DNA of 64,000 nt from a bacterium DOLZORAL124_38_8 (GTDB lineage Bacteria > Patescibacteriota > Gracilibacteria > UBA4473): assembly GCA_002747745.1 (NCBI GenBank), contig PDQG01000008.1:13661-77660 (forward strand), in the 5' to 3' direction. Below the pieces are notes generated by a model that saw only the letters and a list, made by a program, of their open reading frames with translations, did not search any database and had not been told where the DNA came from. Positions 10,122 through 20,368 of this stretch are shown piece after piece (the stretch's first letter is position 1; each line of letters starts with the position of its first letter). Made by a program: the position numbers and the translations under genes.

Positions 10122-10766
10122 ATGAATAATGGTCTCTCTCTTTCTTTCATTCTTTCTTGTCGAGATAAATTAAAGCATGCGGCGTTTACTATGATAGAAT
10201 TACTGGTGGTTATTGTAATCATCGGAATTTTGTCTGGAATGGGCATTGCCCAGTATAAACAAATGGTACGGAAGGCTCAGATTGCAAAAGAATTAGCCGA
10301 ATTAAAACAAGACTTAACCAACGCGAATTTATCAAGAATTGATTTACAAGACAAACACGCTACGGAGGAAGAAGAGATGGCACAAGCCAGAATTGAAAGA
10401 GATGTAGTCGTCAAGGCGATTCAGGTAACCAGAAATATTTTACAAAAACCCGTGAGAGAAATCACAGGGCATAATTGTTATGCGTGTCTTTGTCGTGGAA
10501 GAGATTTGAGTAATATGCCAGATAATTCTCCCTGTCTTCATTATTGGAATAAGCTAAGAACGGAGATGGAGAAAGCGACTGGAATTGATTTGAGTTTATT
10601 AAAACGAGATATTTGGGGGATTCCTCATCTTATAGATGAAAACCAAGGTGAGCGTGGATTAAATTGTTCGAGAGATACAATTTATATTATAGGAAGAGAT
10701 AAAGTTTTAGAGGCTGATGAATGGATGAGAATTCCTCTATACAAACCGCTATGTCCGAGTGGGTAG
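10122..10766 (+). CDS. Type IV pilin / prepilin-type N-terminal methylation domain protein
   Basis: 'AFTMIELLVVIVIIGILSGMGIAQYK'; Cys-containing C-terminal domain with 'DIWG.P' motif. Confidence 0.85.
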   Translation: MNNGLSLSFILSCRDKLKHAAFTMIELLVVIVIIGILSGMGIAQYKQMVRKAQIAKELAELKQDLTNANLSRIDLQDKHATEEEEMAQARIERDVVVKAIQVTRNILQKPVREITGHNCYACLCRGRDLSNMPDNSPCLHYWNKLRTEMEKATGIDLSLLKRDIWGIPHLIDENQGERGLNCSRDTIYIIGRDKVLEADEWMRIPLYKPLCPSG

Positions 10767-10828
10767 TTTGTTTTTTGACTTTTTGGGGTTAAGGTGTTAT
10801 TTTGTGTTTGTATTTAGAAATATTAAAC

Positions 10829-11107
10829 ATGGAGAATACGGTATATTTTGAAACTTACTCGTATCCAAAACAGAAAGAATTGTTACAAGAAATTTATCAT
10901 AATGCTATTTTAAGAGAAAGTGGATTATTGGTGGAGGGTATTCAGTTTACTTCGGGTAAAATTGATGATTCGTCTTCTCTTAAACTAAATGGAGTGGCAG
11001 AGAGTTTTGCTGCATTTAACACGTTTATAAAAGAATTAGAGGAGAAAGGAATTTTGGTTAAGAGTGTTGGTTATAACAAAGAAGAATTAAATTCTAGTTT
11101 GTGCTGA
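10829..11107 (+). CDS. Hypothetical protein
   Basis: ~92-aa ORF from ATG 10829 with upstream TTGACT element. Confidence 0.5.
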   Translation: MENTVYFETYSYPKQKELLQEIYHNAILRESGLLVEGIQFTSGKIDDSSSLKLNGVAESFAAFNTFIKELEEKGILVKSVGYNKEELNSSLC

Positions 11108-11542
11108 TAGTTTCTCAACCCACTGTTTGGTAGCTCGTTCGAGTTGCTGAAACATAATTTCAAAGCCATCAAACGCCGAATAATACGGATCGTTTACCTC
11201 ATGTGCATCGAATAGATGCACTTTTTTATAATTTTCTGGAGCGATTATTTTTTTGATATTATCAATGTTTGAATAATCCATCGCCAGAATTAAATCAAAT
11301 TCTTCGCCGTCTTGGGCGGTAAGTTTCCGAGATTTTTGAGCCGAAATATCAATGCCATATTTTTGGCAAACTTGAATCGACCGATCGTCAGGAGCCGAAC
11401 CACTATGAAAGGCGGAAGTTCCAGCCGAATCAATCTGATACGAATCGGTAAGATTTTCTTGTTCAAGAATGGCTCGTAAAATTCCTTCGGCGGCGGGGCT
11501 ACGGCAAATATTACCTAAACAAACACAAAGTATTTTTTTCAT
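11087..11542 (-). CDS. Low-molecular-weight protein tyrosine phosphatase
   Basis: 'VCLGNICRSP', 'DSAGT', 'DPYY'. Confidence 0.95.
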   Translation of the reverse strand: MKKILCVCLGNICRSPAAEGILRAILEQENLTDSYQIDSAGTSAFHSGSAPDDRSIQVCQKYGIDISAQKSRKLTAQDGEEFDLILAMDYSNIDNIKKIIAPENYKKVHLFDAHEVNDPYYSAFDGFEIMFQQLERATKQWVEKLSAQTRI

Positions 11543-11544
11543 AG

Positions 11545-14500
11545 TTATTCGTTTAATACAATGTTGAGTGTAATAGTTTTATTAAATTGCTCGTGGGCGG
11601 TGTTACCGGCTATTTCAAGGTGAATGGTTTGTGGCGTTTGTTTTTTTACTCGCACGGCTATAAATTGGAGTGACTTTAGTTCGAATAATGCTTGCCCGAG
11701 TTGTCGGAAGACGTCAAGCGCATTTTCGATATACAATTTTTTTTGGGTGTTTGTTAACTGAATATTCCGGATAACTTCCGAAGCGTGTTCGAGCTCGTAA
11801 TGGAGAATAGCTTTTGATACTAACGTGCCAAAATTCATACCGTTTGGAATATGTTTTTCTTCAAACGGAGTCTTTTCTTTCGTTTCAGAGACGTCTTCGT
11901 CGTCTTCTTCAGAGGTTTCTTCTTCTGTTTGTAAAAAACGTGCGAGCATGTTTTTCATTTCAAATTCGGCTGAGTCTGCATCAAGTTCTGATTCTATCGA
12001 TTCGGAATGAAGTGTTTCTTCGGTAGTTTCTCCTTTATCAGGGACCGTTTCAGTGGCAGTTTCAAGCGCGTCATCATTGGCGGATTCGGTTTCTGTTTCG
12101 GTGGTTTCGTCTGGGGCATCGTTCAAATCTTGTTCGGCTTCAAGTTCTGATTCATCGTCTGTATTTTCAGGGCTGGCTTCGTTCTGGTCGGTTTCGGTTT
12201 CATTTCCTGCTTCTTGGTTTTCTTCATCTGCTTCTAAATCATCCTCAAGTGTTTCGTCGACCTCTTCCTCTAATTCGTTTTCTGCTTCCGTATTTTCAGA
12301 GTCTTCTTCTACCTCTGTTTCATCGGTTATTTCGTCCGCTTCAAGGGTATCATCTTGGTCTAAATTTTCGTCAAAATCGTCATTATTTTCCGGATTGGCT
12401 TCGTTCTGGTCGGACTCAGTTTCATTTACGGTCTCTTGATTTTCTTCATCTTCTTCGACCAGGGTTTCTATCCCTAAAATATTTTGTGCCACCAAATTTT
12501 CTTCGGCCGAAAACTTATTCCACTCCTCGACATGGGTTTTAGAAAGTTCTTTCATTTTATAACTTCTCAAATTATCTGACACGAGAATGGTTTGGACTTC
12601 TTCGGGTTTGTCTTTGTTTTGTAAGTCTTTTGATAATTCATTGAATTCTGAATCAGACAAAGTGTCGAGCATTTCTAGTAAAAAGGGGAGGGTGTCTTTT
12701 TCGTGTCCTTTGAGCCATTTTTCGGTTCCGTCACCAAGTTCTAAGAGCGAAGATAAGCGGTTGAATTTTTGTCCTAAATTATCGGTGTTTTTTAGTATTA
12801 CGTGTTTGAATTCTAACTGGTGGGTGTGTCCCAAATTTTTCAGATCATTTATTCCTACCTCACCATTTTCATGTTGCCATTCGCTGAAGGCTTCGGACAA
12901 TTCATCAGTTTTTGCATAAAATTTATCGGCGCCCCATTGGTCCCAATCGGCCTTGGGCATAAATATTTGGTATTTATTTCCTAACGCTCGATCAAAATCT
13001 TGTCGAGTTTTTATTTGGTCCGCGCCTTGTTTTTGGAGCCAATCGGTGTCCATGGTATCAATTTTTTGGCTGAATGTTTCGGCTACTTTTATTCGTTCTT
13101 GGTGTGCGGGCCAGAGTTCATTGAATTTTTGAGTAAAAAGTTCTTTGCCGCCATTTTCCCACTGGCTTTGAGGCATTTTTATGTTGTTGAGTTCGCCAAT
13201 CGCTTTGGCAAAGGCTCCGGCGGTCGTAATTTTATTAGGGTCAACTTTGTCGGCCGTCATGGACAATATTTTTTGTTTGTTTTTTTCATCCAAGGCGGGT
13301 TTTTCCGCTGACTCTAATGAATCAACCGACTCGATGGTTTGAAGTTCCGAATGAAGGTCGAGTAATTTCTTTTTGAATAAAGGTTCATTGGCTTTCCATA
13401 CATCATCGTCCATCCAAACGTCAAATTGCTTCGCAAAAAACGAAACATCTTGTTTCATTTTAGCTAAATCTTTTTCCGAAGCCTGTTTAAGGGCGGTTTC
13501 AAGCTGCATACCATTGATGTCGCGATGGGCTTGTTCGTTTTTTTGTTGCCAGTCGGTTTCGATTTTTTGCAATTGTGTTATTTCTTTTTCTAACGTTTGT
13601 TGCAATTTTGAAGGCGAAACGAACGTTTTATCAAATCGTTTCCAACTTGATTCAGCATTTTGTTTTTGGGTGCTTATTTTTTCGAATACGGCTTGGGCTT
13701 GGTCAGAATATTTGAGTGTTTCTTGTTTTGATTGCACGGTTTGTTCAATGGTTTGCAAATTTTTTAAAGCCTGTTCATATTGTGGAACATATTTGTCTTT
13801 CAATTCGCTTATCCAGCCTTGTTTTTCTTGGTATGAATTTGAGCGAGCAAACGACTCTCGCATGGCGTTTTGAATGGTCGAATTTGAAAGAGCTCCAATA
13901 ACGGATTCGAAGGCGTTATTTTGTTTTTCGTCCGCTTCTTTTTTTTCAGTTGAGTATTTGGCGAATTTGGCTTCGACGGCCCTATTAAAATTAGGATGAT
14001 TTTTCAAATACGCTTTCGCATCATTTATTCGGTCGCCAAAATATTCCTTAATGAAGAATTGTTTTAAATCTTTTGTTGAACCAAAATTTTGTTCAAAAGA
14101 TTGTAGGTTTTTATTCATGTTTTCCCAGGCTTTGGCCATGTCGGATCGTGGGATTTTGTCTTTCGATTTTTTGGTTTCTCGATTTTTTATGTCGCCTTCT
14201 ACTTTTCCCCAAAGGTATTTCATTCGTTCTCCTAAGAGTTTTTGAATCGACTTTGGCAGGTCGGCAAAAAACTTGTTTTGGCTTAACTCCTGATTCGTTC
14301 GTTGGGCAATTTCTTCGGGTCTTAAATGTTTCCATTCGCCATTGGTGGCTTTTTCTTTGGCGGCTACGATGATCGATTCGGCTTTTTTTACGCGTTTTTT
14401 GGCGGTTTCTAACTTTTTCTTAAAAGCCTCTTTTTGGGCGGTAATTTTTTTTACCATTTCTACGCCAAACACTTTTGGGTACCCCGATAATCGAATTTCG

Positions 14501-15567
14501 TCTTTTTGAATTTTATCGAAAGTGGGTTCAAAGTCTTCAAAATTAATTTTTAGTAAGCCTTTTTTTTCCGTGAAATTTTGAAATTCTGTATCAAGTAACG
14601 TCTCGTTTTGTTTTAAGAGGGTTTCGCTTTGCGGACGCAGAATATCCAGTTGTACTTTTTGTGCTTCTTTTACTTTTTCTTTTCCATATTCTATGAACTT
14701 AAGTTTTAATTTTTCGGCCTCTGCTTGTGGAAGCTTGTTAATGTCGACTTTTTTGGAAGCTTCACTGAAAAATGCTTGTAATTTTTTGGCCGACATATGC
14801 ACAAATTTGGGGTCTTTTTTCACTTCATCAAGGGCGGTGTCGAGGGCTTCTGTTCCAGCTTGTTTTTTCTTTTCAATAATTTTCGGCCGTTTAGACATTT
14901 TGGTTGCTAGTTTGTCTAAATGCTCTTTTTTGTTTTTCCAAAAATTCTCTGCGTTGGTTTGAATTGATTTTTGTTCGTCTTCACTGAGTAACTTTTGATT
15001 ATTCGGGTTTTCGAAATATTCTTGAATAATTTGTTTGGCTTGTTCTTTGTCAGTCGTTTTGGTGAAAGCCTCCTGCAAATCTTCCCATATTTTTTGATGG
15101 ATTTCGGTTCGGTTTTGGAAATTTTCCGTATTTTTATCGAGCGATTCTTCGTATTTGGACTGAGCCTCAATATATAAAACCCCTAAATTCGTTTTTAAAG
15201 AATTCATATTTTCATTGGGAAGTTGTTCTTGCATGTATTGTAAGAACTTTTCTTTCCCATTTTCTTCAAAAAAATCAGTTTCTTGGGCCAAAATAGCAAT
15301 AAATTCGTCGCGGTTTTGCAGTAGTTTATCTAGGGGAGATTGGGTTTCGGTGTTTGTTTCTGATGCATCTCCCAAGGTGTTCATAGCGTTGGATGAAACA
15401 TCTTTTCCCGTTTTTTCGATTTCGGTTTGGGTTGTTTGAATAAATTTGTCGAGCGTTTGGTGGTCTTTTACTTTTTCCATCTTAAAAATAATTCGGGGTG
15501 AATTTTGGTGTGATAAGACGGCTTTGTTAAATAAGTTTTTCATCTGCTCCGTCTGTATTGTGCACAA
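11545..15567 (-). CDS. Large (~1300 aa) coiled-coil protein with acidic low-complexity region
   Basis: Long K/E/Q-rich ORF; E/D/T/N-rich tract with internal duplication; start uncertain (15567/15543/15480). Confidence 0.8.
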   Translation of the reverse strand: MCTIQTEQMKNLFNKAVLSHQNSPRIIFKMEKVKDHQTLDKFIQTTQTEIEKTGKDVSSNAMNTLGDASETNTETQSPLDKLLQNRDEFIAILAQETDFFEENGKEKFLQYMQEQLPNENMNSLKTNLGVLYIEAQSKYEESLDKNTENFQNRTEIHQKIWEDLQEAFTKTTDKEQAKQIIQEYFENPNNQKLLSEDEQKSIQTNAENFWKNKKEHLDKLATKMSKRPKIIEKKKQAGTEALDTALDEVKKDPKFVHMSAKKLQAFFSEASKKVDINKLPQAEAEKLKLKFIEYGKEKVKEAQKVQLDILRPQSETLLKQNETLLDTEFQNFTEKKGLLKINFEDFEPTFDKIQKDEIRLSGYPKVFGVEMVKKITAQKEAFKKKLETAKKRVKKAESIIVAAKEKATNGEWKHLRPEEIAQRTNQELSQNKFFADLPKSIQKLLGERMKYLWGKVEGDIKNRETKKSKDKIPRSDMAKAWENMNKNLQSFEQNFGSTKDLKQFFIKEYFGDRINDAKAYLKNHPNFNRAVEAKFAKYSTEKKEADEKQNNAFESVIGALSNSTIQNAMRESFARSNSYQEKQGWISELKDKYVPQYEQALKNLQTIEQTVQSKQETLKYSDQAQAVFEKISTQKQNAESSWKRFDKTFVSPSKLQQTLEKEITQLQKIETDWQQKNEQAHRDINGMQLETALKQASEKDLAKMKQDVSFFAKQFDVWMDDDVWKANEPLFKKKLLDLHSELQTIESVDSLESAEKPALDEKNKQKILSMTADKVDPNKITTAGAFAKAIGELNNIKMPQSQWENGGKELFTQKFNELWPAHQERIKVAETFSQKIDTMDTDWLQKQGADQIKTRQDFDRALGNKYQIFMPKADWDQWGADKFYAKTDELSEAFSEWQHENGEVGINDLKNLGHTHQLEFKHVILKNTDNLGQKFNRLSSLLELGDGTEKWLKGHEKDTLPFLLEMLDTLSDSEFNELSKDLQNKDKPEEVQTILVSDNLRSYKMKELSKTHVEEWNKFSAEENLVAQNILGIETLVEEDEENQETVNETESDQNEANPENNDDFDENLDQDDTLEADEITDETEVEEDSENTEAENELEEEVDETLEDDLEADEENQEAGNETETDQNEASPENTDDESELEAEQDLNDAPDETTETETESANDDALETATETVPDKGETTEETLHSESIESELDADSAEFEMKNMLARFLQTEEETSEEDDEDVSETKEKTPFEEKHIPNGMNFGTLVSKAILHYELEHASEVIRNIQLTNTQKKLYIENALDVFRQLGQALFELKSLQFIAVRVKKQTPQTIHLEIAGNTAHEQFNKTITLNIVLNE

Positions 15568-15619
15568 CGAACGATTTTATGCAACCTATAGAAAGAACCA
15601 ATAAATTTTTCGGATATGG

Positions 15620-16186
15620 TTACAGCACTTTTTTGGGTAAAAAATAGAGATATACCGAACTTGAGAGGCTGAGTATTCCCATAATTATAAACAGAGTATT
15701 GAACCCAAAAGTCGTGGCAATGTACCCACCAAATAAAGCACCAATTGCACTAGAAAAGTAGTTTGTTGACTCCCAAATGCCCCATTCTGAGGCGGATTCA
15801 CCTTTGTCTAAATGTCTTGAAAATTCTGCGTCAAAAGGAGGGGAATAGATTGATTCTCCGATTCCTAGAAGTATTTGCATAAATAACAAGGTCGTCATTG
15901 ATTCTACTTGGGTGTACCCAAAAAAGGCGCTGGCAATTAATAAATATCCCAAACTGACTACTTTTTTGTCTTCGGTCATTTTGTTGGAAATTCGCCCAGA
16001 AAAGAATGTGGTAATACCGGCCACAACGGCAAATAGAGCACTCGCAAAACTAGCATCTAGCAAATCTCCTCCAATTTTTTCTACAAAAATTGCATAAATG
16101 GGTGCAATCATAGCCCCAGAAATTAACACCATCGAATTTGTTACGAGTAATATTTTGAGGGCCGTGTTTTTGAGTATTTTTTTCAT
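15620..16186 (-). CDS. Half-size MFS transporter
   Basis: 188 aa, ~6 TM, MFS motif-A-like 'SGRISNKM'. Confidence 0.75.
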   Translation of the reverse strand: MKKILKNTALKILLVTNSMVLISGAMIAPIYAIFVEKIGGDLLDASFASALFAVVAGITTFFSGRISNKMTEDKKVVSLGYLLIASAFFGYTQVESMTTLLFMQILLGIGESIYSPPFDAEFSRHLDKGESASEWGIWESTNYFSSAIGALFGGYIATTFGFNTLFIIMGILSLSSSVYLYFLPKKVL

Positions 16187-17310
16187 TCAGCGATGACGGT
16201 TACTTGTTGTAATAATTCGTCTCCGAGTTTTTTTGCTTGTTCTAAATTTTTGTTCAAAATATTAATATGTCCCATTTTTCTCCCTGGTTTGGTGGTGATT
16301 TTTCCGTACCAAAATAAGTGCGCATTGGGTGTTTGCATAATGGTTTCAATGCCCTTGATTTTGGCGTTTCCGGTGTTGTTTGGAGCCCCTAAAAGGTTAA
16401 TCATTACGCTGGGGGTGTGAATACTTGTGTCGCCCAGAGGAAGATTGAGTACGGTTCGAAGCAATTGTTCAAACTGGTTGGTCACGGCTCCATTTAAACT
16501 CCAGTGCCCAGAATTATGGGCTCGTGGAGCCATTTCGTTGACTAACACTTGTCCGTTTTGGTCTAAGAAAAACTCTACCGCCAAAATTCCTTCTAGTTCT
16601 AATTTTTCAGCAATTTTGGTGGCTAATTTTTGGCAAGTGTTGTTGATATCATCGCTGATATTGGCTGGGGCATACACAAATTTTACGAGGTTTAATTCGG
16701 GGTCAAAATCCTGTCCGACGGTTGGAAAGGTTTTGATTTCGCCTTGTTTGTTTCGGGCCACAATCACGCTGAGTTCCTGTTCAATGTCGACCATTTTTTC
16801 CAAAATACTTGGGGCATCAAATCCTTTTGATTGAGCGGCTTCAAGCGTTGGTAATACGGTTACGCCTTGTCCGTCGTAGCCTCCAGTACGAGTTTTTTGT
16901 ACGGCGGGTAAAAAGTTTTCGTTCGCCAGTAATTCCGTTTTATTCTGAATTTCAATAAACTCACTTGTGGGAATATTGTTCGCCACAAAAAATTCTTTTT
17001 GGACTTGTTTGTCTTGAATCATGCGTAGAATTTTACTGCTTGGTCGCACGATTTTTCCTTGTTGTTCGAGTTGTTCGAGGGCCTCAACATTGACGTGTTC
17101 AATTTCAATTGTCAAAATATCAACCTTTTTTCCAAAATCCAACACGGTTTGGTAATCATTAAAATCGCCCGCTACAAAATTATCAGCCAACGGGGCACAC
17201 GGGCATTCGGGGTTGGGGTCTAACACGTGTACTGGTACACCAAATGCTCGAATGCTGGGCATCATCATTCGTCCGAGTTGTCCGCCGCCAAGAATTCCAA
17301 TGGTTTTCAT
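16183..17310 (-). CDS. purK: N5-CAIR synthase PurK (ATP-grasp)
   Basis: 'IGILGGGQLGRM', 'EIEHVN', 'GGYDGQG', 'NEMAPRAHNSGH', 'RKMGH'. Confidence 0.97.
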   Translation of the reverse strand: MKTIGILGGGQLGRMMMPSIRAFGVPVHVLDPNPECPCAPLADNFVAGDFNDYQTVLDFGKKVDILTIEIEHVNVEALEQLEQQGKIVRPSSKILRMIQDKQVQKEFFVANNIPTSEFIEIQNKTELLANENFLPAVQKTRTGGYDGQGVTVLPTLEAAQSKGFDAPSILEKMVDIEQELSVIVARNKQGEIKTFPTVGQDFDPELNLVKFVYAPANISDDINNTCQKLATKIAEKLELEGILAVEFFLDQNGQVLVNEMAPRAHNSGHWSLNGAVTNQFEQLLRTVLNLPLGDTSIHTPSVMINLLGAPNNTGNAKIKGIETIMQTPNAHLFWYGKITTKPGRKMGHINILNKNLEQAKKLGDELLQQVTVIAE

Positions 17311-17312
17311 GT

Positions 17313-18722
17313 TTATTTGAGTCCTAAATCTTTTTTCAGTGAATGTAAGTGTCGTGCCACGGTTGAATCTTTTCGTCCGAGGGCTTTTATTTTTCGAATT
17401 CCGTGCATAATAGTGGTGTGATTTTTCCCTCCAAATACAAATCCAATACCTTCATAACTCATTTTTAGGGCTTCTTTACACAACACCCAGGCAATTTGTC
17501 GGGGCAACACAATTTCACTTTTTCGAGAAGTTCCCATCAGGTCGGTCGCTGGGACTTGGAAATATTCAGAAACTAAAGTGATGATATCATCTGAATTTTT
17601 CGCAATAAATTTGGTGCTGTCGTTTGATAAAGTGTAGTCTTCGCCTGGATTAAGTTTGCGGAAAATCCGCCCTACTGATTGAACCGTTGGTGAGGTACCC
17701 GTAATTTCCATTTCGGCCGAAACTTGGTTAAGAATGTTCTCAAGTTCGCGTAGATTGCTTCGTACGTTTGAAGCGATAAATTCTAGCACATCATTCGGCA
17801 AAATAATTTGTTTGGCCAGTGATTTTTCTTGCAAAATAGCCATTCGGGTTTCAATGTTTGGCATTTGTACGTCGGCTAAAAGCCCCCCGCCAAGTCGAGA
17901 ACGAAGCCGATCAGAAATTCCTTTCAGTTCGCTGGGTGGTCGGTCAGCCGAAAATACAATTTGCTTATTAAACTCGTATAAATCGTTAAAAGTATTAAAC
18001 AATTCTTCTTGGGTTTTTTCTTTTCCTTCAAAAAACTGAATATCATCAAGCAAAAAAGCGTCTACTTGACGATATTTTCGTCGTAATTCGTTTGATTTTC
18101 GTTCGCGGATTGATTTTACAATCTCGTTCATAAACCGTTCAGCCGTGGTGTAAATAACTTTAGCGTTTGGATTTAGGCGACGGATTTCATTGGCGATTCC
18201 TTGTAAAAGGTGCGTTTTTCCCAGTCCTACGCCTCCGTAAATAAAGAGGGGATTATATTTTCGTTTTTCGGTTAAGGGGCTTTCGGCCACGGCGCAAGCG
18301 GCGGCGTGAGCAAACTTAGTTTCTTCGCCCACAATGTAATTGCTAAGCGTAAACCGTTCTTGGGTAATTCGGGTTTTGGTTCCATCGGAAAATTGTTGTT
18401 CGGGTTGGTTGGGTAATTTTCGTGGTTTTTCTGATTTGGTTTCAAATACTTTTGAGGTTTGTGGTTTATCGGCTAACGATAAATCTACGGTAAAATACAA
18501 AGTATCAATTTCGGGGAGCACGGCTTGAAAATTAGACAAAATAATGGTGCGGTATTTACTTTCGAGCCAATTCTTATTCATTTCGGTTGGACAAGCCAAC
18601 ACTATGGCCGTGCCACTAATTTCGGCTATTTGTACTTTTTTAAACCAGGTAAAAAACTCCATGCGAGAAATTTTTTCACTGAGTCGCCCTAAAACCGTTT
18701 CCCATACTTGAAACTTATCCAT
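17313..18722 (-). CDS. dnaA: Chromosomal replication initiator DnaA
   Basis: 'YNPLFIYGGVGLGKTHL', 'LLDDIQF', 'QEELFNTFN', 'RLRSR', 'GGKNHTTIMHG'. Confidence 0.98.
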   Translation of the reverse strand: MDKFQVWETVLGRLSEKISRMEFFTWFKKVQIAEISGTAIVLACPTEMNKNWLESKYRTIILSNFQAVLPEIDTLYFTVDLSLADKPQTSKVFETKSEKPRKLPNQPEQQFSDGTKTRITQERFTLSNYIVGEETKFAHAAACAVAESPLTEKRKYNPLFIYGGVGLGKTHLLQGIANEIRRLNPNAKVIYTTAERFMNEIVKSIRERKSNELRRKYRQVDAFLLDDIQFFEGKEKTQEELFNTFNDLYEFNKQIVFSADRPPSELKGISDRLRSRLGGGLLADVQMPNIETRMAILQEKSLAKQIILPNDVLEFIASNVRSNLRELENILNQVSAEMEITGTSPTVQSVGRIFRKLNPGEDYTLSNDSTKFIAKNSDDIITLVSEYFQVPATDLMGTSRKSEIVLPRQIAWVLCKEALKMSYEGIGFVFGGKNHTTIMHGIRKIKALGRKDSTVARHLHSLKKDLGLK

Positions 18723-18766
18723 ACAGGAGGTTTTCTATCAAAAAAAAAGGCGATTGACAAGTGAAA

Positions 18767-18775
18767 TGTGGAAAA
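18767..18775. promoter_or_regulatory. DnaA box upstream of dnaA
   Basis: TGTGGAAAA matches TGTGNAWAA (reverse complement of TTWTNCACA). Confidence 0.55.
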
Positions 18776-18907
18776 CTTTTTTGAAAATTATTGGAATGAT
18801 ATACTGGTCTTTTAGTAGTATTGACAAATTTAAAAAAACATTTTTAAACTTGACAAGAAGAAGAAGCGTTACAATTTTGGTGGATTAAATCTTAATGGTA
18901 TAAAAAA

Positions 18908-19375
18908 ATGAAAAAAAGAACTTCTCGAGAACGTTTTAAGTTTGCCGTGACAAAAGAAGGTCGGAAGCGGTTATCTGAAGATACTAGATATAGATATTTA
19001 TTAGAATTAGAATCCTTAGACGCGGCAGGAAAGTTGCAATCGAATACTTTAAGACGTATAAAAGATGCTCTATCGGAAGATTTTCCAGAAAAAAGATATG
19101 GTTTCTATTCACCAAATTTGTCTGCAAAATATTCTTATGAAAATAAAAATGGGCCTTTTTTGATGGGGGGAAATGGGGTAGTACGTCATAACTTGGCTGT
19201 CTATAAAGATGAAAATGGAGAAGCGTTTCCTGTGAATGCGCTTTTTACGAGTAGAAGAAAAGAAGAAGCGGAAGCATCTTTGTCTGAAGGGGGGTTCTAT
19301 CATGGAATGTTTTCAGGAAGGACTGATGTTGAGATGCGTGAGGTTCATGAATGGTTGAGAAACGAGGAATTATAA
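18908..19375 (+). CDS. Hypothetical protein
   Basis: 155-aa ORF with upstream TTGACA..TACAAT and downstream terminator. Confidence 0.65.
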   Translation: MKKRTSRERFKFAVTKEGRKRLSEDTRYRYLLELESLDAAGKLQSNTLRRIKDALSEDFPEKRYGFYSPNLSAKYSYENKNGPFLMGGNGVVRHNLAVYKDENGEAFPVNALFTSRRKEEAEASLSEGGFYHGMFSGRTDVEMREVHEWLRNEEL

Positions 19376-19380
19376 AAAAT

Positions 19381-19408
19381 AAAAAAATCCGCCAACGGCG
19401 GATTTTTT
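19381..19408. terminator. Bidirectional intrinsic terminator
   Basis: aaaaaaatccgcc-aac-ggcggatttttt between convergent genes. Confidence 0.8.
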
Positions 19409-19434
19409 ACTCGTTAAGTTGTAAACTTATTTTT

Positions 19435-20268
19435 TTACTCACTTTTTATTAAATGAATATCTCGTTGTGGGAATGGAATAGAGATGCTTTTTTCGTCAAA
19501 GGTGGTTTTGATTTTTTCGTTTAAGTCAAAAAATACATCCCAGTAATCTTTTCCTTCTACCCAAACACGGAAAGCCAAATTGACAGAACTATCCGCCAAT
19601 TCGCTGACCCCAACAAACGGAACGGCTGGTTCACTCAAGATTCGTTGGTCTTTTTTAGCCAGTTCTAGCAAGGTGTCTTTCGCTTTTTGAATGTCGTCGT
19701 CGTACCCAATTCCGACTGTAAAATCAACCCGTCGGAATTTTTCTTGTGAAAAATTTTGAATGGCTCCGTTCGACAAAATCGCATTAGGAATATGGATTTT
19801 TTTGTTGTCAGGGGTGTTGATGGCTGTGCTAAAAATATCAATTTTATCTACGGTTCCGAGGAATCCACCCGCTTCAATAAAATCACCCACTTTAAATGGT
19901 TTGAGTAATAAGATGAGTACTCCGCCAGCAAAGTTTGAAAGACTTCCTTGTAGCGCCAATCCTACGGCCAATCCCATGGCTCCAAGCATGGCAATAAAAG
20001 ACGTCATTTCGACTCCTAAAACGGTGGCGGCAATAATGAATACAATGGCTTTCAGCCCCATCGAAATGAGACTTTGTAGGAATAATCGCAGTGACTTTTC
20101 AATGCGTTGTTTTTTAAAGAGCGTGTTGGTGCCGTTGGTAATAATTCGCACGATTTTTAATCCAATCCAAATGGTTAAAGCTGCTAAAATTAATCTTCCG
20201 CCAAATAGAACGAGTAGGTCAATCGCTTTTTCTAAATAATAGGTTATTTGTTCGTTTTCAAAAGGCAT
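19435..20268 (-). CDS. mscS: Small-conductance mechanosensitive channel
   Basis: 'GLAVGLALQGSLSNFAGG.LIL..KPFKVGD', 'IPFPQRDIH'. Confidence 0.95.
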   Translation of the reverse strand: MPFENEQITYYLEKAIDLLVLFGGRLILAALTIWIGLKIVRIITNGTNTLFKKQRIEKSLRLFLQSLISMGLKAIVFIIAATVLGVEMTSFIAMLGAMGLAVGLALQGSLSNFAGGVLILLLKPFKVGDFIEAGGFLGTVDKIDIFSTAINTPDNKKIHIPNAILSNGAIQNFSQEKFRRVDFTVGIGYDDDIQKAKDTLLELAKKDQRILSEPAVPFVGVSELADSSVNLAFRVWVEGKDYWDVFFDLNEKIKTTFDEKSISIPFPQRDIHLIKSE

Positions 20269-20368
20269 GTGTGTTTGCGTAAAAAAATATCCATTACAGT
20301 GTATATTTTTGTGTTTGTTTAGGCGAATTTAAATTGATTTTTCGGGAAAAATTTGGTACAATGAAACG

